Shown here in pieces: positions 55,167 through 64,000 of a stretch of 64,000 nt of DNA. The number at the start of each line of letters is the position of its first letter. Positions within the stretch are counted from its first letter, which is position 1. The notes beneath the pieces were generated by a model. It searched no databases. It saw only the letters and a program-made list of their open reading frames with translations, and was not told the origin of the DNA. The translations under genes were made by a program, and so were the position numbers. The DNA is from Paraspadella gotoi. Lineage: Eukaryota; Animalia; Chaetognatha. Where the stretch lies: contig CM119268.1 in assembly GCA_051294375.1 (NCBI GenBank), positions 22,943,427 through 23,007,426 on the forward strand, read 5' to 3'.

Positions 55167-55421
55167 GACCGTCGTGCGAAAAGCCTTCGATGAAATAAGG
55201 TTGACAAGCGAATCGAGAAAGAGAAAAAAAAAAGGGAAAGGCGGGATCTTGTTTGACACTGTTGAGTAAACACCTAATGCGGCTTTTAACACAGTTGGAC
55301 AACCGATAGAGAAGGAGAGGGGGGGGAAGGAGAGAGAGAGAGAGAGAGAGTGGAGGGGAGCGGGGGGGCGGAATGAGACGGAGCGGAACCGATGGAAAGG
55401 TTTTTTTTCTTCGTCACTTTG

Positions 55422-55474
<53 letters not shown>

Positions 55475-55810
55475 AGAGATAGAGAGAGAGAGAGAGTGGG
55501 GATGGTGAAAATATGAAGTGAAAAGTGACAGGTGGAAATGGCGAGTTAAAAAGGGCCTTAAAAAAAAAAAAAAAACAAAAACAAAAAAAAAAAATAGAAT
55601 AAAGAAAATGTGTACAATTATTAAAGATAAATACAGAAATCAATATAAAAAAAGAGAATAAAGGGGGGAAAAATTATGATTTTAACCTTATTTTACATAT
55701 TTTACTATGAACGAGTAAAATCATCAATTTACAATAGGAAACAATTTTTTCATAAAAAGTATTGTGAGATGTGATGTGGGGTCTAATATTTGGGTTGTGG
55801 TTGAGATTTT

Positions 55811-55852
<42 letters not shown>

Positions 55853-56189
55853 CTCACCAGGAGGTCATTCTCCTCAAAATTTGAGACAAATGGATTTTCC
55901 GTTTTTCTCTTTTTGTTGATTTGTTATCACAACATTTTCGTTGTCGTCGGCGGCGGCGGCGGCGGCGGCGGAGGCTGCTGCTGCTCTGCCTTTCTAAAAC
56001 GCATCAACTCCGCATTGGACCGAATCGTTTTGTTGGACAAACGCAACCCCCTTCTATACCTCTCTATCTCGACCTCTCTATTCTCTACCTTTCTCTTCGC
56101 AACCTTACTTCTCTGACTCAACATATTTTTTTTACCTATCTTTTCCTACCTATCTTTCTCAAATTTTTCTTTTCTCTTTTTTTTTACAA

Positions 56190-56385
56190 TATGAAATTGG
56201 TACAACTACTTTAAAATTAATTTATTAATTTAATAAATAATCTTGGGACAGGCTTTGGTGATTTAAGGCCTGCATCACTCATACAAGATAATGACATAGC
56301 AGGTCCCTGCAAGCTTTCAATCAAGACTCTCTCACAGTCTCGTTTATTCACTCCCAGAGTACCTGGCTTCCCTATCATTGAATTT
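56190..56385 (+). mobile_element. Dispersed ~200-bp repeat family; other copies at ~7750-7830 (-), 18780-19015, 21770-21935, 26610-26760 and 28210-28290
   Basis: Shared core CAAGATAATGACATAGCAGGTCCCTGCAAGCTTTCAATCAAGACTCTCTCACAGTCT..CCTGGCTTCCCTATCA. Class unknown. Confidence 0.75.
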
Positions 56386-56611
56386 AATCTATGAATTTAA
56401 TTTACTCTACCTATATGTAAATTAGAATCAAACTTTCCATATCATCATCATCATCATCATCATCCTCCTCATGGTCGTCGTTGTCGTCCTCATCGTCGTC
56501 GTGGCCGTCATCGTCATCGTCGTCGTCGTCGTCGTCGTCATCGTCGATGCAGATCAAAACCGAAATATCGTTTTTGACAAGAGAATGAAAACGTTGGCCT
56601 TCGTTTTTGTG

Positions 56612-56694
<83 letters not shown>

Positions 56695-56984
56695 AAGTCG
56701 CAAAAGGAGGAAAGTTGTTAATCGCTCGAACAAAGCAACAATTTTGGTCAACAAATCTTTTTCTTATCTTCTCTTCTCGTCTTACCTTTTCTTTTCTTTC
56801 TTCTTCTCTTTGTCTCCTTATTTCACCTTTCCTTTCTTTAGTTTTTCCCCCCTTAATTTTTCCTTTGACTCTTCCTCTCTCTCTCTCTTCTTCTTCCCCT
56901 CTTCCTCTTCCTCCTCCTCCTCTTCCTCTTCCTCTCCTCTTCTCCGAAATCCGTCGCCGCCGAATGAATTTCATTGATGAGGAA

Positions 56985-57071
<87 letters not shown>

Positions 57072-57988
57072 GCAACGACGGACGATGATAAAGAAAAAAA
57101 AAAGAAAAACTTTGATGACAAAGTTGGTTTAATAAGTTAAATTTACTCGGGAATAATTATAACAATTTCATACTAATTCCGTCAGTTCCTTTGTACGTCG
57201 ATCCGTTCTTTTCGACTGTCCGTTTGTCCATTTTGTCAAGGATTTAATGTATACGAAAAAAGAAGAAGCATCTTTAGCAATTAATTTCTGCTTCTGCGCA
57301 AAGAATGAAATCAGTGGCTACGCCAATACATGTAAATCGTAATTTTAAAAAAATATTGTCTATAAAAATATATATTTTAAATATCTTGTTCATTATTTCG
57401 CCTTCAAAATTTTCAAACTTGTAAATACTATTAGTCTATTAGTATAATTCCAAATCAATATATTTTGATACTGTAAATCAAAACATTGGAAATCATTGTA
57501 AATCAAAATCAGGTACCAAGTGATTATTTTAGCGACATGACAGACAACAACAAACAACAACGACACGACGACGACGACGACGACGATGATGACGACGACG
57601 AGTATGACCGAAAGAAGATCAAACTGACGTAAATCACGAATCTCGACTTTCGATTCACAGACGCAGAAATTCGATCACAATTTAGTGACTCGTGATTCGT
57701 GATTCAAGATTCGGTGAATAAACAGGATGATCAGATCCTTTTTTCTTTTGGCGAATTACGTCGATACTATTATTTATTTATAATTAATTAAATTAATAGT
57801 TATTGCTATTAATTACGCAATTGAAAAATAATTAAGATAATTAAAATTATAATCAAAATTAAATCTATATCATACCTTTTTATGTTAACTTATATTGTAG
57901 TGAATTATTGATGCAATGTAAACATTTAGAAATCGATTTCGATAAAGTTTATCGATTCCACGTAATGGGAATATATGTATTACATTAT

Positions 57989-58077
<89 letters not shown>

Positions 58078-58266
58078 GGCCGTTTGGATTTTTTTCTATT
58101 TACCCGACTAGAGTCTTTGATCTTTCTCTCTCTCTCCCACCCTCCTCTCTCTCTCTCTCTCTCTCTTTTTCTCCTCTCTTCTCTTCCCTCTCTCTCATTC
58201 CTTTGGCCGTTTGGATTTTTTTCTATTTTACCCGACTAGAGTCTTTGATCTTTCTCTCTCTCTCCC

Positions 58267-58330
<64 letters not shown>

Positions 58331-59279
58331 TCTCTCCTCCTCCCGCTCCCCTCCCGATAATCACCTCCACTCACCTTTTGTCGGTTCCCATAGAAAAAAA
58401 CCGATTTCGTCGTCGTCGTCGTCGTCGTCGTCTTTGCCTCCCGCCGTCATCGTCCTTCTCTCAGAAAAAAAAAATAGAGGAGAGGAAGGGAGGGGAGATA
58501 GGGAGGAAGGGAAGGGAGGAAGGGAGGAAGGATGGAAGGGAAGAAAGAAGGGAAGAGGGACAAGAAATGAAAAGAAAGTGAAATGAAATAAAATGAAAAG
58601 AAAAGAAACGAAATGAAACAAAATAAAATAAAATGAAGTGAAATGAGGTGACGAGACGATGAAACTCGAAGCCTAAAAGGAAAAGAAAAAAAAAAAAGGA
58701 AAAGAAACGCGAAAAAGTGATAATCGTTTAAGTAAAAGCAAAAAAGTAAAAAACTGAAAAAAAAAAAAAAAAAACAAAATTGAAGAAAAAAATTATTTAG
58801 TAAAACAAAAAACAAATTATAAAACAAAATACAAACATAAAATCTGAAAAAAAAACGAAGAGAACAAGAAATGGAATCTTGTGTCACGAAATCGAGACGC
58901 GTGTCTTGTTACCGTCACACGTCCCTCGCATCGTCGCGTCAAGGGTCACCCGGATTTCATTGTTAATGATCTTTAGTTGTCGTCGTTGTCGTCGGTCTCG
59001 CCCTCCTCCTCCTCCCTCCTCTCGAGAATGAACGTCAAGCTTTTTAAATCGCGTCACTTTATATGAGGATCAATTCTGAGAAATGAGGTTCGATTTCTAA
59101 GAAATGCGTCTCGAATTCTGAGAAAAGCGGAGATGAAACGAGAAACTAGAATCTTTTTCTCTTTGATTGTTGAGATCGAATGTTTGTTCTCGTCGTTGTC
59201 GTCGTTTGTCATCGTTGTCACGTGCGTCGTGTCGTCGTTGTCGTCGTTGTGTTCCTGTAGGAAGGAAAGTAAATATAGG

Positions 59280-61765
59280 CAAATCATGAGATATGTCATC
59301 TCCCAAATCCTCCGCCCGCGGGGCGGCTCTAGGGGCGGCCCCAGGGGGCAGACTATTCCAGGGGGGAGCAGCAAAATGGTTATTGAGGGGCGCCCCCTCT
59401 GATTGCCTCAGGGGCCGCCCCAGGGGGGTTCCCCCTGGGCCAACATTTTTGAGTCTATTAGGGGCGCCCCTAATGCTTAGCCCCCTGGGGCCCAAAAAAG
59501 TCTGCCCCTGGGGTAACCCTTGGGGAGCAAAAACTGCTCCCCCAGGGGCGAGTTAAAGAGAGAGCAAAGTTTAGATGAGAAATATACTTTTTGACTATGT
59601 TATTATATCTGAGAATATTTCTCCCTGTCTGTTTACTCTCTCTTTCTCTCTCCCTTTTTCTTTTTCTCTCTCTTTTTTTTTCATTCTCTCTTTTTCTCAT
59701 TCTCTTTATTTTTTTTTTCTCTCTTTTTTTTTCTCTCTCTCTTTCAAGACTTGTTTTATGTAACTGAATTAAATATACATTTTTTTTCAAATAATAGTTA
59801 ACTCATTTATTACATATTTAATCTAAAAATTAAAATATTTGTATTTTTTAACCCAATTATTTTATTTCAGTTAAAAGATATAGAAACAAGTTTTAGCAAA
59901 CAATGTAGGACGTAGCCACAAAAATTTAGTGGTAAAAAAGCTAATCAGTCATTTATCTTCTTTTTTTTCTTTTTTTTTCTTTTTTTCTTTTTTTTTCTTT
60001 TTTTGTTGGATGGACATACTGATAGACTGATAGAGAGAGACATAATTTTTTTAAAAATTATTCATAATTTGATGTTTAAAAAGAAATTAAATAATCACCA
60101 AACGAATAATGGGCAGTGACTGACAGACCTACTTAGTGAATTATGGAGTCCCCCTCAAAAAAACAATAAAAACTATTCATCAACATTAAACGAGTTCTAC
60201 ATCATAAAATAAAACTTTTTTATTTAAGATTTGTAATTAATAATCGTAAGTTTGTAGATTGCTTAAGATGAACTAACGTTGTTAAGTAGAGGCTGATGAT
60301 TTGAGAGAGAGAGTGAGCAAAACTTTATATCTAGCTCAATCACATCCTTTTCTACCCACACACAAAATTTTATTCCAATCCATCTATTTAATCACGAATA
60401 ATTGGAGTTTAATGCTAATATAGGATGGACTTAAAGACTGATATTAATTAATTAATCAATTAAATATTTTTTAATTAATTATTTTTTATAAGTGAATTAA
60501 ACAATTAAAAACCATCCTACTCTTTATTCTATTATTTAAAATTTTATAGATGAATTAAGATAAAATTTTGTGTATGGGTAAAAAAGTGTGCAAGTGAAAG
60601 TGAGTTTTAATGGAAAACAAAAGTTACTTTTACTTGAACATTATTAACAAAATTTTGCACTCTTTTTCTCTCTTTCTTATTTTATCAGATAAAATTATTA
60701 ATTAGCTAATTGTTAAGTGGCTTGTTGACCAAATTAATTAATTTGACCAAATTATCCCAAATTGTCCAAATTATCTAAGTTGACCAAATTATGACTTGAC
60801 TAAATTAAGAAAATTAACCAATTTATACCAGTTGACCAATTTATGCAGTTGACAAATCTATGCAATTGACCAAATTATGCAAGTTGACCAAATTATGCGA
60901 GTTGACCAATTATGCGAGTTGATTGAATTATGCAAATTGATTAAATTATGAAAGTTTACCAAATATGAAAGTTTACCAAATTATGGAAGTTTACCAAATT
61001 ATTAAAGTTTACCAAATTATAAAAGTTTAGCAAAATATGAAGGTTAACCAAATTAAGCAAGTTAACTAAATTATAAAAAATTACCAAATTATGAAAGTTT
61101 ACCAAATTATAAAAGTTTACCAAATTTTAAAAGTTGATTAAATTATATCAGTTGACTGATTTATGTCAGTTGACCAAATTATGTCATTTGATTAAATTAT
61201 GCAAGGTGACCAAATTGGTATTAGTACAGCTATTAGTTCATTGATTGATAAATTGAAGTGAAAAATATTATTTTTATTTTTATATTTTATTGTAATGAAA
61301 GATGAAAATAAGAAAATAGATAGAGAAAGAGAGAGAGAGAGAGGGAGAGAGAAAGAGAGAGTAGAAGGAGGGAGAGATAGGAGGAAGAGAGAGCCGTTCC
61401 AGGGGGCAGGAAAATCACCCCCCTGGGGGTAGCCCCAGGGGGAAAGGTTTTTTCTAGCCCAGGGGGATTCCCCCTGGAGTAGCCCTTGGGGCTCCAAAAA
61501 AGAGGCTACAGGGGGCCGCCCCTAGGCGGTAAAAATTTGCCTGCCCCTCGGGGCCGCCCCGCGGAGCCACCCCGCGGGGCCGTCCCCAGCACCGCCCCCG
61601 GGGGAAGCGATTCTGAAGGATGACATACTTGCAAATCATATGCATTTTTAACGTAAGTGGGTCAGACCGACGGACGGACAGACATACCGACGAACCGACG
61701 AACGACAGACCGACCAACAAGAAACTTAGAGAGTGACTCCTCGAGTACTCGCGGCGTAACTACTA
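59280..61765 (-). mobile_element. Helentron-associated (DINE-1/HINE-like) or foldback-like non-autonomous element
   Basis: GC-rich blocks at 59290-59555 and 61395-61630 are imperfect inverted copies. The right end has a 30-bp imperfect palindrome (61732-61761), a GACN microsatellite and an A-run. An internal satellite is present. Confidence 0.55.
60724..61218. repeat. ~18-bp degenerate satellite TTGACCAAATTATGCAAG
   Basis: About 25 copies. A related short stretch occurs at 44650-44715. Confidence 0.85.
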
Positions 61766-62821
61766 AAAAAAAGAAGAAATATAACCCTTAATGCAATAGA
61801 AACGAATCTTCTCTAGGGAACTTAATTAGAATTCGACAATCAAACTTATTAAAAAATTTAAATTAAAATTCGACAATCAATCCTATTAAAAAATTATCTC
61901 TCCCCATCTTTCTCTCTCCCCTTTTTTCTCTCTCCCCTTTTTTCTCTCTCCCCTTTTTTCTCTCTCCCTTTTTTCTCTCTCCCCTTTTTTCTCTCTCCCC
62001 TTCTCTCTCTCTCTTCCACATGATTCTTCCTCAAGACTCGACATGGATCGAACTTAACAAAGCCTCACCCCATTTTTCATCCTCCCTTACCAGATTCTAC
62101 CCTTATCTATTTCCTAGACTCTTCCTTCTCCTCTCTACCTATGACCACCTATCTTCTCTCCTCTCTTCTCTCTCCCCCTCTTCTCTCTCCCCCTCTTCTC
62201 TCTTCTCTCTCCCCCTCTCCTCTCTCCCCTTGACTACATATATTCTCTCCCTCTCTTCTCTCTCCCCCTCCCCTCTCCTCTTCCCTCTCCTCTCTCTCCC
62301 CCTCTCCTCTCCTCTCTCCCCTTTTATTCCTCTCCTCTTTTCCACTCCCTCCTCCTCCTCCTCCTCTTCAACTTGACCTCACCCGGTCACACGATTCCTC
62401 CTTCGCCCTTACCCTATCGCCTTCTCCCCCCCCCACCGCCCCCCTCTGCCTCTTTGACCGACCCCATCGATGAATCGATTCTCACGTGAAGAAAAAAAGA
62501 AAGAAAAAGAAAAAAACTTCTCACGTGATCTTCACCCGCGATTTTTTCCCTCTCCTTTTTTCTTCTTCTTTTTTTTGTTCCTATTTTTTTCGTCTCCACC
62601 TTTTTTTGACCTTTAACCGCTTTTTTTTGTGCTTTTTTGTTCTTTAATCACTTTGGCGCCGTTAGGCTTTTGTCCTTTTTTGTGCTTTTTTGACCTTTAA
62701 ATCGCTTTTTTTGTGCCTTTTTACTAATTTGACTTTTAATCACTTTTGGTGCCGTTTTGCTTTTTTGTGCTTTTTTGACCTNNNNNNNNNNNNNNNNNNN
62801 NNNNNNAAAAGAGAGGAGAAT

Positions 62822-63729
62822 CCGATCCCATTATTCGTGTCCCATTTTATTTCAATCGTCCTTTTAATTACAAATTGCTTGTACTGTACGAACTGTATTT
62901 GCGGTCAGATTGTCTCTTCTTTTATATTATGTCTAATACAACCATTCTAAAAATATAAAATTGGTTTTTGATTTAATTATTTAAAATTTAATCTCAAACA
63001 AAAAAGTGCCATCTTAACAGCGACCGAAATTAACAGTTAGATTCAACTCGTTAGTCTGAACTCTTCGTTGTATACATAGTTAGGGAAAAATATACTAAAA
63101 TTAAACATTCTGTATAAAACTCGAAGAGTGGATATTTCATCCGCCTTTAGCTTTACATACGTACTCATTTTCCAGTCTTTCTGTCATTCAGCAACTCCAG
63201 ATTCTTTAAACCAATCAATTATTTTGTTTGTCAAAAATCGCTTAAATCTCCTTTTATTTATGAATTTTACCTTTTGCCTACTTTTCTGCCAATCAGTCCC
63301 GATGGTCACTATTTCGCGAGCCAATCAGCGCTTCGTCCCCCTCACTATTTTCTCAGCCAATCAACGCTTCGCCTCTTAATCTCAGCCAATCAGCGCTTCG
63401 CACCTTTTAACCCCCCATTAGCCAATCAGCGCCATTTTTTTTTCTCTTTTAACCAATCACAGACCGTCGCGCGAAAAGCCTTCGATGAAATAAGGTTGAC
63501 AAGCGAATCGAGAAAGAGAAAAAAAAAGGAAAAGGCGGGATCTTGTTTGACACTGTTGAGTAAACACCTAATGCGGCTTTTAACACAGTTGGACAACCGA
63601 TAGAGAAGGAGAGGGGGGGGAAGGAGAGAGAGAGAGAGAGAGGTGGAGGGGAGCGGGGGGGGGGCGGAATGAGACGGAGCGGAACCGATGGAAAGGTTTT
63701 TTTTCTTCGTCACTTTGAATCGAAGAGAG

Positions 63730-63792
<63 letters not shown>

Positions 63793-64000
63793 TGGGGATG
63801 GTGAAAATATGAAGTGAAAAGTGGACAGGTGGAAATGGCGAGTTAAAAAGGGCCTTTAAAAAAAAAAAAAAAACAAAAAAAAAAATAGAATAAAGAAAAT
63901 GTGTACAATTATTAAAGATAAATACAGAAATCAATATAAAAAAGAGAATAAAGGGTGGAAAAATTATGATTTTAACATTATTTAACATATTTTACTCTTA
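62822..64000 (+). other. Direct duplicate of ~54525-55705 after a 25-N gap (probable assembly redundancy)
   Basis: Near-identical sequence starting ccgatcccattattcgtgtccc, with mostly small indel differences. Confidence 0.9.

Noticed and set aside
55800-59250. Additional protein-coding gene downstream of FoxQ2
   Set aside because: The ORFs are microsatellite-derived and I found no consistent exon chain or protein motif.

Overview
Eukaryotic (animal) genomic DNA from an error-prone draft assembly: AT-rich introns, GC-richer exons, many microsatellites and five N-gaps, four of them exactly 25 N. I can reconstruct five protein-coding loci by hand: (1) an intronless FABP-family gene at 80-544; (2) a 4-exon B4GAT1-like GT49 glycosyltransferase at 757-3020; (3) a ~22-exon QRICH2/C16orf96-like DUF4795 coiled-coil gene on the minus strand at 3404-20814; (4) an uncharacterised multi-exon type I membrane protein on the minus strand at ~27.9-44.9 kb; (5) a FoxQ2-class forkhead gene with a C-terminal Eh1 motif at 50105-54026. 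Three large duplications sit at gaps and are probably assembly artefacts: a 7.8-kb inverted copy, a ~2.9-kb triplication and a 1.2-kb terminal copy. Mobile DNA includes a Tc1/mariner relic, a MITE family with telomere-like interiors, a tRNA-derived SINE head, a LINE RT relic and a Helentron/foldback-like element. The most unusual signal concerns splicing: tandem duplications repeatedly anchored on donors, acceptors and branch points, two GC-AG introns in one gene, frequent AAG acceptors, and an exon-like ORF enclosed by a 100-bp inverted repeat. All gene models are manual, with no database or RNA support.
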